From Octopus vulgaris (Eukaryota), in contig OX597823.1 of assembly GCA_951406725.2 (NCBI GenBank), forward strand, positions 7,502,001 to 7,566,000: 64,000 nucleotides of DNA. The letters run 5' to 3'. The position numbers were made by a program, and so were the translations under genes. Under the pieces are notes generated by a model, which was not told the origin of the DNA, did no database searches, and was given only the letters and a program-made list of their open reading frames with translations. Shown here one piece after another: positions 1 through 13,219 of the stretch (the first letter of the stretch is position 1; every line of letters begins with the position of its first letter).

Positions 1-79
1 CATACATTGATATAAAAGAAGGATTGTATCTAAGACAATGCAAAAGTGGGCATAACTTCTTTATTAACTGACATTGGCT

Positions 80-358
80 GTTGTTGTTAGTTCCTTCTCG
101 AGCCATGCCTGGCTCATAAGGGCCGGTTTCCCGGTTTCTTGGCGTATACGTTGCAGGTGAGCTGCAAAATGCAGGGGGAAAGAGTGAGAGAAAGTTGTGG
201 CGAAAGAGTCAGCAGAAGTTCACCATTACCTTCTGCTGGAGCCGCATGGAGCTTAGGTGTTTCGCTCATAAACACACATATCACCTGGTCTGAGATTCGA
301 ACCAGTGATCCCTCGACCGCGAGTCTGCTGCTCTAACCACTAGGCCATGTGCCTCCAC
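80..358 (-). mobile_element. tRNA-derived SINE (family C)
   Basis: Minus strand begins GTGGAGGCACATGGCCTAGTGGTTAGAGC (A box) ... GGTTCGAATC (B box); homologous copy at 43470-43733. Confidence 0.8.
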
Positions 359-364
359 TACCGA

Positions 365-1215
365 CGTCGGTCATTCAAAGTGTGCATGTTGGTAGAGTAA
401 CTCTTCTTCTATACATATTTACTACTTTCCATTGTTTCCATTACAAGCAGTCATTGAACCCAATTCTCAAATTCTCTTTGAAAATATTCAAATGTGCACT
501 GTTGTCCCCCTTTCTTCACAGTCACTTTCACCTCATCTGCATTATCAAATCATTGACTCTGAAGACATTGGACTGAACAGACAGAAGCTGGAGGGCACCA
601 GATCCAAGCTGTATGGTGGATAGGGGGCCAGTGACCACTCTAATTTGCCAACTGCCAAATTTTTTGCCTAAGATATGTGTGGTCAAGCATTGTTGCGAAT
701 TTGGATTGTTTTCAGATTATTGTTCAATTTCTTTCTTTCACGGGCTTTTTGAGTGTCTCAGTATACAGCTTGCTGTTCATGGTATAGCCATGTTCCAGAA
801 AATCAAGGAGAATGACACCCTTGTTATCCACCCCACATTGTAAAAAAAAAAGAAGAAAAAGAAAAATAATCACTGTGACTTTCTGCACCAGTTGTTGGTC
901 CTTGAACTTCTTAGATCTTGGAGAAGAGTTTTCCTTGTTTTTAGATCACATTCCATCCCTTACTACCAAATTAAAGAAAGAAAAAAAAATGTTTCCAGCT
1001 AATGCCACTGCCAGGCCATGAGTATATTTAGCACAGTTCATGCTGTTGCAAGTGCCAATTGCTGGTTCTTGAACACCTTAGGTCTTGGAGAAGAGTCTTT
1101 GTTTTCGGATCATAACACATGCCCACATTCCATCCCCTGTCACCATATTAATAAAAGAAACAAAAAGTCTTCATTATCTCCAAATGCTTCCTGCAAATAC
1201 CACTGCCAGGGCCCT
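365..1215 (-). pseudogene. Degenerate mariner transposase fragment with internal ~170-bp duplication
   Basis: Minus translations give MVTGDGMW..YDPKTK..SSPRPK (IVTGDETW motif; segment present twice, ~870-1015 and ~1050-1212) and PYPPYSLDLVPSSFCLF (HPPYSPDLAPSDF motif). Confidence 0.7.
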
Positions 1216-1216
1216 C

Positions 1217-2096
1217 AAATCAAATCAAATCAAAATAGACAAAATAGATGAACATCAATGGAATTTGTATCTTGTGGTACCAGTGCCTGTGGCACACAAG
1301 AAATCCATCAGTGCTGTAGTCAGTGCGGTGGGCACATGACAAACACCATCCGATCGTGGCCGTTCGCCAGCCTCATCTAGCACCTGTGTCGGTGGCACAT
1401 AAAAACACCATCCGAAGACCCGGCAAGACTAGTCAGGCCATAACCCATGGCCCCTACCTGGGACGTAGTCAGTCCACCTGTGCATACCTTCCTTCTTGTG
1501 ACACTTGTGAAGACCTGTTGAGGCAAGTGAAAATCAAAACAAATCAAAATAGATGAACATCAATGGAATTTGTATCTTTGTGGTACCAGTGCCGGTGGCA
1601 CGTGGCACACAAGAAAACCATCCGAACGTGGCCGTAGCCAGTACCGCATCGACTGGCCTCCGTGCTGTGGGCACGTAACAAGCACCATCTGATCGTGGCC
1701 GTTTGCCAGCCTCATCTGGCACCTGTGTCGGTGGCACATAAAAACACCATCCGAGCATGGCCGTCTGCCAGCCTCGTCTGGCACCTGTGTCGGTGGCACA
1801 TAAAAACACCATCCGAGCGTGGCCGTCTGCCAGCCTCGTCTGGCACCTGTGTCGGTGGCACATAAAAAACACCATCCGAGCGTGGCCGTTTGCCAGCCTC
1901 GTCTGGCACCTGTGTCGGTGGCACATAAAATCACCCACTACACTCTCGGAGTGGTTGGCGTTAGGAAGGGCATCCAGCTGTAGAAACACTGCCAGATCTG
2001 ACTGGACTGGTGCAGCTTTCGGGCTCCCCAGACCCCAGTTGAACCGTCCAACCCATGCTAGCATGGAAAGCGGACGTTAAATGATGATGATGATGT
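1217..2096 (+). mobile_element. RTE LINE 3' end (last codons plus long 3' UTR with tandem repeats, (GAT)n tail)
   Basis: GAAGACCCGGCAAGACTAG (~1414) matches the KTRQD end of the RTE ORF seen at 39132; ends CCATGCTAGCATGGAAAGCGGACGTTAAATGATGATG; 1217-1412 is a partial duplicate of the UTR. Confidence 0.8.
1686..1935 (+). repeat. ~61-bp tandem repeat (about 4 near-identical units) in RTE 3' UTR
   Basis: CATCCGAGCGTGGCCGTCTGCCAGCCTCGTCTGGCACCTGTGTCGGTGGCACATAAAAACAC repeated head-to-tail. Confidence 0.9.
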
Positions 2097-2354
2097 TGTT
2101 ACAAGTATATTTGGTCCTGGTCTCTGGTGTGGGTACCTCCCCCTATCCCATCAGTCTTGGAGGCCCTGTAAAGGATCATGGACACTACTCTTTACACCCT
2201 CTCCACTGACTAAGCAATAAAAAAAATCCCAAACAAACCGTTGATTATAAGACTAAATGGGTGGCATAATTGGTTTGGAGCATTTAAGACGAGTCAACAG
2301 TATAATGCAGAGTATAGAAGGAGCAATCAATACATGAGCAATATTAATTACTAC

Positions 2355-2560
2355 TCTAGGCACAAGGCCCGAAATTTTGAGGGAGGGGGCCAGTCAATTA
2401 GATCAACCCCAATACGCAATTGATACTTAATTTATCGACTTCAAAAGGATGAAAGGCAAAGTTAACCTCGGCGGAATTTGAATTCAGAAAGTAAAGATAG
2501 ATGAAATACCGCCAAGCATTTCACCCGGTATGCTAACATTTCTGACAGCTCGCTGCCTTC
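2355..2560 (-). mobile_element. SINE family B (Meta-domain-like)
   Basis: Reverse complement of the GAGCTGGCAGAA..TTCAAATTCCGCCGAGGTCGACTTTGCCTTTCATCC..GTCGATAAA consensus seen more than 15 times in the window. Confidence 0.75.
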
Positions 2561-2928
2561 ATACATGAGCAATATTGTCTCTTTGAAAGAGTGGCTTAAA
2601 AGAAGAATGATAGAAATTTGAAAGCTGTTTAAGAAATCATCTAAGATTGTAGACTGAACATTTTCCCTTTTTTAGATTCTTTATAAATTGATTTATGATT
2701 GGGAAAATTTTTCCTTTTTTTCAGTACACGGAAGTCAATGATTGGTGGGTCTCTTAAAATCAGGGGTAGCAATTAAAAAGCAAGATAAGTTACAAATTGA
2801 AAAACCTAGAACAAAATGTCACTCCTTATATTTTCTTCAAGTGTGATAACACCCAAACTGTTTAAAAGCAAAACTGAAACTATCTTTTTATGTAGAATTT
2901 AGTAATTCACATGCTGTATGCTGTTTAA

Positions 2929-3132
2929 CCCTTTAGCATTTAAACTGACCATATTCAGTGCAAATATTTGTTCAAACCAGCCAGATCCAGCCTCTCACAC
3001 CTATCCTACAATGTCATTCTAAAAATAATCACATTATTGAAATCTCAAAGCAACAAGATTAATATATGACTAATTCAAAACAATGTGAATAAATAAGCAT
3101 CACATTTGAGAGAGCAAACTGATTGCTAAGGG
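2929..3132. mobile_element. piggyBac-like MITE
   Basis: TTAA|CCCTTTAGCA ... TGCTAAGGG|TGTAA: CCC/GGG termini, short TIRs, TTAA target (right side degenerate). Confidence 0.6.
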
Positions 3133-3189
3133 TGTAATGTAATATTTCTTGCAAACCCTAATTCTGCTTCACCAGAACATTTATTCTGT

Positions 3190-3362
3190 ATGTTAACACT
3201 ACACCTGATTTTCTCCCCTCCATACACACACAAGCATGTATCTGACTCATACATTGTTCGCTTTCCAGACATTTTTACATTACTGCATGTACTTTATATA
3301 CACTTTCTGACAAGTTGTGGTGCACCTGAGCACTGTATACAATAATTTCATTATTATTATTA
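3190..3362 (+). mobile_element. CR1-type LINE 3' UTR fragment
   Basis: Matches the 3' end of the 34.2-kb LINE: GGTGCACCTGAGCACTGTATACAATAATTTC(ATT)n. Confidence 0.8.
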
Positions 3363-3546
3363 TATATAAACGATACACCTAAATAAAAAAAGCATGGTTT
3401 TCAGGTACTTCAAAGCTAGTAAAGTACAGTTAATTTAAAATAATAACCTTTTAGTTGTTAAATCTGCATGTTCTTTCTAGAGTATAACAACTGTTTTGGA
3501 ACCAAGCTGCATGTATGTGTATATGTGCACACACACACACACACAC

Positions 3547-3598
<52 letters not shown>

Positions 3599-3619
3599 TA
3601 AGCTATATAGTATATGCAT

Positions 3620-3788
3620 TTCACTCTTGGAGTGGTTGGCGTTAGGAAGGGCATCCAGCTGTAGAAACCCTGCCAGATCAAGATTGAAGCCTGGTGCAGC
3701 CATCTGGTTCGCCAGCCCTCAGTCATTCGTCCAACCCATGCTAGCATGGAAAGCGGACGTTAAACGATGATGATGATGATGATGATGA
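3620..3788 (+). mobile_element. RTE LINE 3' tail
   Basis: GGAGTGGTTGGCGTTAGGAAGGGCATCCAGCTGTAG...GCATGGAAAGCGGACGTTAAAC(GAT)n. Confidence 0.8.
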
Positions 3789-4299
3789 TTTCAACCAAAC
3801 TTACCAATCAGTTTCACACAGAAATTAGGTAATTATGCTCATCAGACTGGCCAGTATGAGGAAACGTTGCAATGGCTTTCTGTCAGCAAGTGTCATATTC
3901 AGAATGTGAGTAGTGTGAAAAAGACAAAACAAACCCGTGGGAGATGATCAGAGGGGTACCCACCAAGAGTTATGTTCCTTGCCCAAAAACACCTGGGTGT
4001 CATCAATGACACTTTCTTTCAATGAACATACATACCTAGTGAGGCTGTCTCTCTTGGATTAAAAGGGTGAATTTATGGTTATTAGATTTGACCTTCTGTT
4101 GTGCCCACAGACATCTGCAAGTTTGTCCGTTTGCTGTGTCCTATGCCTCATATATGATGGTCTCTGTGTTTCATTGGTCATTAACAGGATATGTGTAATT
4201 GTCCTTGCATGAGGACCCTACCTTTGTCTCAGCTGTGGAGCTACCAGCTGATATTTTCTGTATATTAGGTATACAGCTAAAAGAAACTCTTAAACTGTA

Positions 4300-4527
4300 T
4301 CTCTTTTACTCTTTTACTTGCTTCGGTCATTTGACTGTGGTCATGCTGGAGCATCACCTTTTAATCAAGCAAATCGACCCCAGAACTTATTCTTTGTAAG
4401 CCTAGTACTTATTTTATCAGTCTCTTTTGTCGAACCACTAAGTTATGGGGACGTGAACACACCAGCATCGGTTGTCAAGCAATGTTGGGGGGACAAACAC
4501 AGACACACACACATATATCTATATCTA

Positions 4528-4558
<31 letters not shown>

Positions 4559-4720
4559 GACAGGCTTCTTTCAATTTCTGTCTACCATATCCACTCACAA
4601 GGTTTTGGTCGGCCTGAGGGTATAGTAGAAGACACTTGCCCAAGGTGCCACACAGTGGAACTGAACCCGGTACCCGGAACCATGTGGTTTGCAAACAAGC
4701 TACTTACCACACAGCCACTC
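4300..4720 (-). mobile_element. tRNA-derived SINE family A
   Basis: Head GGAGTGGCTGTGTGGTAAG, core CCTTGGGCAAGTGTCTTC, internal (TA)/(GT) tract, tail CAAGTAAAAGAGTAAAAGAG. Confidence 0.85.
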
Positions 4721-5047
4721 CTCAAATGGGGAAAGTGTTTGTCTATCAAAGTAAAACTAACTTTACCTACCTAAGATTTTAGATTACGGAAGGAGGGGTC
4801 TGTGAGCCACAAGACTTTCCAGTGGTATTTTTACTTTTATGGGGTTAGATTTTAATGTTTGACTAATCCTATTCTTAAAACCAACGGTCACCTGGGCCTC
4901 ATTGTAGTAGGGTGCCATGGCATCAAAAATCTCTTTACTTCAGGACATGATAAATATTCTTCTACTGGCCTTTCACCAGATATTTGAACCCTACAGTTGG
5001 ATAACAGAAAGGTGTATTCAGATATCTCAACCTCTTTCTCTCTCTTG

Positions 5048-5091
<44 letters not shown>

Positions 5092-5218
5092 TTAATTATT
5101 TATTTATTTATTATATATATGCATTTATATATTTATTTATTTATTATATATATATTTCATCTAGTTTCAGCTCATGAACTGTGGCCATGCTGGGGCACCA
5201 CCATTTAAAATAATATGC

Positions 5219-5290
5219 CTGCTCAGCGGGGAATTGAGTCCCGGTCTCCCACGTGACAGCCAGGCATACTAACCACTATACTACCGAGGA
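5219..5290 (-). pseudogene. tRNA-Asp(GTC) pseudogene
   Basis: Minus strand TCCTCGGTAGTATAGTGGTTAGTATGCCTGGCTGTCACGTGGGAGACCGGGACTCAATTCCCCGCTGAGCAG aligns over 72 nt to metazoan tRNA-Asp; T-loop (GACTCAAT) and acceptor/anticodon stems are mutated. Confidence 0.85.
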
Positions 5291-5689
5291 GGACTATACT
5301 ACATATATATATATATATGCATATATATGTATATATATATTTATTTATATATTTATTATATATATATGTGTATATGTGTGTGTGTGTGTGTTTGTGTGTG
5401 TGTATGTGTGTGTTTTCCAAGGTAAACTTATATTTCATAATCAAAGCTCCAAGGAAACTATAAGGTGACCCACACACACTCAGCTCTGAGTCTACTGTAG
5501 TTTATAGCAGAAACAGCAGCAAGGAAATGAAGTTCATTACAAATTTCCTGTTCACTTGTCATTTATTTCATTTCATAACATATATATATATATATGGTGA
5601 TGCAAACAGGAAAAACAGACCTTAAGATACGGGTATAGTTTGATAATTGCCCACATATGAAACTATCAGCATTTGAGTCACTCTGTTGC

Positions 5690-6082
5690 TTATAATAATG
5701 AAATTATTGTATACGGTGTTCAGGTGCACCACAACTTGTCAGAAAGTGCATATAAAGTACATGCAGTAATGTACAAATGTCTGGGAAGTGAACAGTGTAT
5801 GAGTCAGATACATGCTTGTGTGTGTATGGATGGGAGAAAATCAGGTATAGTGTTGGCAAATCTCAGGAAGCATGGAAGTTTTGAAGGATTCAGTGCTCCG
5901 ACAACTAACAACCGATGCCGGCAGTTTGTTCCATGCTTCAGCAACTCTCAGCGTGAAAAAATGTTTCCTGAAGTCATGGGAGCTGTGCTGTTTTCTGACT
6001 TTGTAAATATGTCCACGGGTGTTAGATGGGTGGAGTTTGAAGAGGTGCTCAGAGTTATTGTTTGTGCGATGGTTGATAATTT
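5690..6082 (-). mobile_element. 5'-truncated CR1-type LINE (ORF2 C-terminus plus 3' UTR)
   Basis: KIINHRTNNNSEHLFKLHPSNTRGHIYKVRKQHSSHDFRKHFFTLRVAEAWNKLPASVV, the typical CR1 TRGH..FF..RV..WN.LP tail. Confidence 0.9.
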
Positions 6083-6091
6083 TATATATAT

Positions 6092-6309
6092 ACTCTTTTA
6101 CTCTTTTACTTGTTTCAGTCATTTGATTGCGGCCATGCTGGAGCACCGCCTTTAGTAGAGCAACTCGACCCCGGGACTTATTCTTTGTAAGCCCAGTATT
6201 TATTCTATCGGTCTCTTTTGCCGAACCACTAAGTGACGGAGACATAAACACACCAGCATCGGTTGTCAAGCAATGCTAGGGGGCAAACACAGACACACAA
6301 ACACACACA

Positions 6310-6344
<35 letters not shown>

Positions 6345-6506
6345 GACGGGCTTCTTTCAGTTTCCGTCTACCAAATCCACTCACAAGGCTTTGGTCGGCC
6401 CGAAGCTATAGTGGAAGACACTTGCCCAAGGTGCCATGCAGTGGGACTGAACCTGGAACCACGAGGTTGGTAAGCAAGCTACTTACCACACAGCCACTCC
6501 TGCGCC
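6092..6506 (-). mobile_element. SINE family A
   Basis: Full copy homologous to 4300-4720. Confidence 0.85.
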
Positions 6507-6712
6507 TATATATATAAACATAGTAAATTGGGTGATGAAAAATAAATTATTATTACCAGTGACCCAGCACAAAAGACGAATTGGTCATTAGACTATATAT
6601 TATTCATATAGAAATACATTAAAAGGCTTCCAAATAAGGAAGCGTTGTGCTAGACACAGAAAAGGGATAAATTCATGAAAGGAATGAAAATCAAAAACGT
6701 TTAACATCTCAG

Positions 6713-6714
<2 letters not shown>

Positions 6715-6790
<76 letters not shown>

Positions 6791-6817
6791 TATATATATA
6801 TATACATATATATACAC

Positions 6818-6866
<49 letters not shown>

Positions 6867-7455
6867 TATATACACACACATACACACATATATACACACA
6901 TATATATACACACACACATATACACACACATACATATATATCTATACATATATAAATATAAATTACAGATAAAACCACTATTATGCAACTTTTCCCTGTA
7001 AGTTTGGAGTTATACTCCCTAATATTATTATATATACATCTATATATATATATATATATGGAGAGAGAGAGATACATATATAGATACATATATGCATATA
7101 TATATATACATATATGCACATATATATATATATACATATATGCACATATATATATATATACATATATATGTACATATATATATATATGTATATATATATG
7201 TACATATATACACACACGCACACACACATATATATATATATACTTATGTATATATATATATATATATACATATATATACATATATATATATATACATATA
7301 TATACATGCATACATATACACACACACACACTTATTTACTGTAAATTATCTTATGTTTCTAATACATGCTGTGTAATGCATATTTATTATTATTATTATT
7401 ATCATATATATCTATATATCTATATATTAACACATATATCTATATATATATATAT
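6715..7455. repeat. Compound (TA)/(CA)/(TACA) microsatellite
   Basis: Low-complexity dinucleotide tracts. Confidence 0.9.
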
Positions 7456-8211
7456 GACAGGCTTCTTTCAATTTCCGTCTACCATATCCACTCACAAGGT
7501 TTTGGTCGGCCTGAGGGTATCTGCCTGGCGGGTTACGTAAAAGAAGTTGCACAATGGATGAGATTGGAAAGAGTGATAGACCAACATCATCTTTGTCTAT
7601 GCCTTCCTCTATATTTTCAAGTTTCATTTGAAAAAGGAAAATAAGGGCAAAGACAGAAGTACTGCTTCTCAGCAAATTTGATGACAGCTGAATGAGAGTA
7701 GTGAGCATGGCCAGAGCAAACAGGCCTGCTCTGAGTGTGTACCTGTTGACTGGAGGTCAACTGGGAGAGGGCACTTGTGTTGGTGATCAGATTATTGTTG
7801 TTTTGTGGTGGTGTTTCCTTGAGTGGGCCTTGGTGATCTCCATGCATTTGGGGACTTTTTCCTTTGTGTTTACCATTTTTCTCTTCCTTTATATGAACTT
7901 TATGTAATTTTGCAAAATGCTGTCTGGTTCTGTTGTCGATCTTTTATCAGCTTTTGTGGTTAAATAGGGGAAACATTAAGAATGATAATCATGGTTTCTG
8001 ATTTTAGACACAAAGCCAGCGATTTTGAAGGGAGGGTGTTTATTCAATGCCATCAACTCCAATACCAGACTGGTATTTTGTTTTATTGAGCCCAGAGGGA
8101 TGAAATGCAAAGTTAACTTTGGCATGGATGTGAACTCAGAATGTAAAGAGCTGGAACAGGCACCATAAAGCATTATCGTCTGATACTCTGATAATTCTAC
8201 CAATCCTGCCT

Positions 8212-8247
<36 letters not shown>

Positions 8248-8279
8248 GAAGAAGAAGAAGAAGAAGAAGAAGAAGAAGA

Positions 8280-8678
8280 TTCTAACTGGGCCCCACCTGC
8301 AAGGTCATGCGCTGTTTATCTTGATATCACGATGTCGTGTACATATGGTTGTGACGCATGTACCTGGTGTACCCTTATCAGACAGGTAGTCATGATGAGT
8401 ATACTGAGACACGTTAGAGCGCCGGGCGGAATGCTTAGCGGTATTTCGTCTGTCGTTATGTTCTGAGTTCAAATTCTGCCGAGATCGACTTTGCCTTTCA
8501 TCCTTTCGGGGTCGATAAATAAAAGTACCAGTTTCGCACTGGGGTCGATGTAATCGACTTAATCCCTTTTGTCTGTCCTTGTTTGTCCTCTCTGTGTTTG
8601 GCCCCTTATGGGCAATAAAGAAATATATACTTTACCCTAGTGTCACTTTGATGGCATGCACTGCTCTCTCACTCAATG

Positions 8679-8728
<50 letters not shown>

Positions 8729-8735
8729 TATTATT
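8280..8735 (+). mobile_element. (AAT)n-tailed interspersed repeat interrupted by a family-B SINE (~8410-8625)
   Basis: Reverse-complement match to the 16588/17077 element on both sides of the SINE; ends CACTGCTCTCTCACTCAAT-GAT-(AAT)n. Confidence 0.7.
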
Positions 8736-9148
8736 ATTATTATAATCCTTTATATTATAGGCACAAGAACTGAAATTTGGAGGACGTGGCTAGTCAGTTA
8801 CCTCGACCCCAGTATTTCACTGGTACTTAATTTATCACCACCCCCACCACCCCCCACGCTCCACAAAAAAAAGGGATGAAAGGTAAAATCAACCTCGGTA
8901 GAATTAGAACTCAGAATACGAAGAGAGACAGAATGCTGCACCTTAAAAGAATTCTTGTGAATAATAATTCTCTCTACTATAAACACAAGGCCTGATCTCT
9001 TCTTTTTATTATGGGGTGCTTATTGAGTATATAAATGATAATGATGAAGATGATGATGATTTATTTGCTACGGGGGGGCATCAGGTGAGGGCGATATTAC
9101 AAGACTAGTTTACAGTTAGTGTTGTGGTTTACATAAAACATGAGTGAA

Positions 9149-9630
9149 GGTGTAGGAGTGGCTGTGTGGTAAGTAGCTTGCTTACGGACCACATGGTTCT
9201 GCGTTCAGTTCCAGTGCGTGGCACCTTGGGCAAGTGTCCTCTACTATAGCCTTGGGCCGACCAAAGCCTTGTGAGTGGATTTGGTAGACGGAAACTGAAT
9301 GAAGCCCGTCGTATATATATATATATATGTATGTGCGTGTATATGTTTGTGTGTTTGTGTTTGTCCGCCCAACATCGCTTGACAACATGCTAAGTTACGT
9401 CCCCGCAACTTAGCGGTTCGGCAAAAGACACCGATAGAATAAGTACTAAGCTTACAAAGAATAAGGCTTGGGGTCTCGACAACCGATGGTGTGTTTACGT
9501 CCTCGTAGCTTAGCGGTTCAGCAAAGGAGACCGATAGAATAAGTACTAGGCTTACAAAGAACAAGTCTTGGGGTCGACTAAAGGCGGTGCTCCAGCATGG
9601 CCACAGTCAAATGACTGAAACAAGTAAGAG
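9149..9630 (+). mobile_element. SINE family A with internal duplication
   Basis: Head GGTGTAGGAGTGGCTGTGTGG; the TTAGCGGTTC..CTTACAAAGAA block occurs twice. Confidence 0.85.
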
Positions 9631-9719
9631 AGAAGGAGAGGAAGTGGGAAAAGACTGGATAAAACGTATACATTGTTTACAAAATGCGTAAACACATCTA
9701 TGAGGCAATCCTCCTGACA

Positions 9720-10250
9720 CAGGGGAACCTCTAGTTAGAGCCAACAAAGGAACCGGACAGATCCAGGATCACCCTGACCACCAAGAGCACAAGCCCTTGC
9801 ATGACTGATGTTCTTCATTCCACAGGTATATGCTCAGGGTAGGTCCATTCACCCGAACTATTTTTACGAGACACGTTTTAACAAATTCGCTGCAGGCGAG
9901 CGCTTCCCTCTCCATCCTCACTTTTCTTTGGAAGTGGAACTTGAAAAAGTCGATGAAGTTTGACCAGAGAGGAAAGTGCCTGCCCTCAATGCTTTCAACA
10001 CCTCGTCCACACACGACCTCTTTTGCTATTGCCACTAAATAGAGGACCATCATTTGTCCCGCCTCGATAAAGGTGGGTTAGGAGTCGAGCTTCGCAACAG
10101 AGACGAGGACAGCCGGATTCGCCCTACACGTAACAACAGCTATTCATAACTCCACAATCTGCAATGCTCGGACAGTGCACCGAGTGCATACAGGGTGGGT
10201 TTGTCACTTTGCACGCATCTCGGACAGTCCCACTTGTCAACACTTCAGAG
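9720..10250 (-). pseudogene. Tx1/L1-clade LINE ORF2 C-terminal remnant
   Basis: Minus frames give WDCPRCVQSDKPTLYAL/VHCPSIAD (degenerate CCHC knuckle) then LVAIAKEVV..FFKFHFQRKVRMEREAL. Confidence 0.65.
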
Positions 10251-10315
10251 TTAGTGCTCCTGTGCAGAACTGCCAAATCAAGAACACACACACAGACAAT
10301 GTATATATGTGTGTG

Positions 10316-10510
<195 letters not shown>

Positions 10511-11944
10511 ATGAGTGTCTCTGAATAAAATCTGCAATTTTGTTTTGATTTCCGATTGAATGTCTTCAGCTTCAATTGGCTTGTTAATATCCCTGGCGAA
10601 ATGCATTTTTGCTAGATAAAATTTGTTGTCTTGGTTATATGTTTTAATCTAGGCCTTTACTTAATATAAGATACAAACACTTGATCTGTCCAACTTTGTA
10701 ACCTCTTGGCAACATACTTTTAATGAAAAAGAGAAGCTATCGTTCAGTTATATTCTCATGGATAATCCGATTCTGTTTGGTCACAAATTTAATTTATGAG
10801 TTAATTAGTTTTTCACTCACCCTATGTACGTGTGCACACTGAAGCAAACACACACACACACACACGCTATATGTGTGTGTAAGACAGAAAGAGAGATAGA
10901 GAGAGAGTGTGTGTGTGTATACAAGCCTTAATATATATTCTCCTTTCCTTTCGGGTATACATATATTAAGTCATTTGAAAATTACAAAGAATAAGGATTG
11001 ACTCTGAAGGTGATGATTCGTCCAACCCATACCAGCATGGAAAGCGGACGTAAAAATGATCTTTCAAAAAGTGATTAGAAATAAATTCTTTCTAATTTTA
11101 GCACAAAGCCAGTGCGTGCGTGTGTGTGTGTGTATGTATTTGTGTGTGTGTGTGTGCTTGTTTGTGGTGGGACAGTCAACATTATCCACCTCACTACTTG
11201 ACTGGTGTTTTATTTTATCGGTCCCGTAAGGAAGACAGACAAAGTTGTCCTCGGTGGGAATTGAACTTATTACGTAAAGATCTGGAAGAAATGCCGCTCA
11301 TTTTGTCCGACGTTTGACAGAAGTAAATGCTTTATTGAAAACAGGGTTAAATATGAGTTGATATTATCATTATTCATAGATTTACTGAAGACTTTTATTG
11401 TTGTTGTGTAGTTCAAGTCAGCAAGCCTCTAGAATATGCAACTAACGGGGTATAGTGGTGGCCCTCGTATCCTTTTTGCATTTCAGGGACTTCACAGTGG
11501 ATATTATACATCTTTAAGACGATAATGAGTAAATATGAGAGAATCTTGAATGTCATTTCTTGCCCGTCAAGCGACTATAGATTCGTTAATGTCTCACTGC
11601 ACGTATGACTCAATCTTGTTTCTCTTCTGCTTGTGTTTATTAAACCCATTAGGTTGCTGTGAACTACTTCATTTACATATTTCCTCGAGCCTCTTAGGGA
11701 AATACATAATGAGCGATATTACAGAATATGTGAAATTTCTCATTCAATGCATATTACGTAGTTAATCAAGTAATGTAAACCAAATTTCAATTGACTTATA
11801 ACAGGATGTCGCTAGTCATGCATCAAGGCCCACCTTGAGTTTAACTGCTTTAATTATGAGGGGCAGTGGATTACACCAAAACGAATCTTACACATATACT
11901 CAGATGTACATACATCAAAGTGTATACGAGCATGTGCGTGCGTG

Positions 11945-12460
11945 TGTGTATATGTATATACATATATATATGTATATATATATATGCATATGTATGTATA
12001 TATGCATATGTATGTATATATACATATATATATGTATGTATATATATATGTATGTATATGTATGTATGTATATGTATGTATGTATATATATGTATGTACA
12101 TATATATATGTATATATGCATATGTATGTATATATGCATACGTATGTATTTATATATATGTATATATATATGCATATGTATATATATATATATATGCATA
12201 TGTATGTATATATATATGTATGTATATATATATGTATATATATATATATATGTATGTATATGTATGTACGTATATATATGTATGTACGTATATATATGTA
12301 TGTATATATGCATATGTATGTACATATATATATGTATGTATATATGCATATGTATGTATATATATATATATGTATGTATATATATATGTATGTATATATA
12401 TATGTATGTATATATATCTATATGTATGTATATATGTATGTATATATATATGTATGTGTA

Positions 12461-12496
<36 letters not shown>

Positions 12497-12507
12497 TGTA
12501 TATATAT
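11945..12507. repeat. (TA)/(TATG) compound microsatellite
   Basis: Direct inspection; explains overlapping spurious ORFs. Confidence 0.95.
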
Positions 12508-13219
12508 TGCTTAGAAGTAAAAATGAATAGATGCTTTCGTGCATCTGCGTACACAGAAGAAGAAAAAAAACATTACAAATAACAAATAAATAAAGCTGTG
12601 TGCGTGTAACTTGACAACTTCCTTTACACAGATGAATGAACGTTGTGCCTCGGTGTTATTTACTATCTGAAGCGGTTATTCCAAATTTAGCAATGGTAAA
12701 TATAATCTTGGATTAAAACATTATCCTCAAATATTGAATAACAATTATCAAAATGAAGGACATGCTAATTTTCTTGAAGTTGAATACAAAACTTCGATGC
12801 TAAGGACGACTTACCTTTCCAGCTAACGGACAGTCGGAGTTTTTTTTTTTCGGACATCAGATTCATCTCCTGTTAGTGTTGTTTAAAGTCAGTTCAGTCC
12901 CGATCTATGATGAAAGACATTCCAGCCATAACTAGATCTTTATTTTTAGTTACATTATGTCTAAATTATCCGATGTATCCTTTTTTTTTTCTCTCTCTCC
13001 CTTAAGACAATAGGATGTGACTGGAGGGTTATTTTACTGCTATTTCTAACACGGCGAACGACCATGTTGAGGCTCAAAGCCATTATCACTATCAGTGGTG
13101 CATAGTTGAATTTGTACGATGTCCAGTAGTTACTCTATGAGGATGGTGATGTAAGTAAAGTGGAAGAGATACTAGTGGGAGTCAAAACAAAGTTAACTTT
13201 GTATTGTACAAGTTGAACG

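Noticed and set aside
1580-1935. CRISPR-like repeat/spacer appearance of RTE UTR units (also 19652-19925)
   Set aside because: Spacers are homologous to each other, the context is a eukaryotic retroelement, and no cas genes are present.
7520-7975. Moderately GC-rich segment with short ORFs
   Set aside because: No recognisable domain; probably an old TE remnant that I could not classify.
12816-12870. Minus-strand donor AAG|GTAAGT with possible exon
   Set aside because: Poor acceptor, internal homopolymer run, no coding signal.
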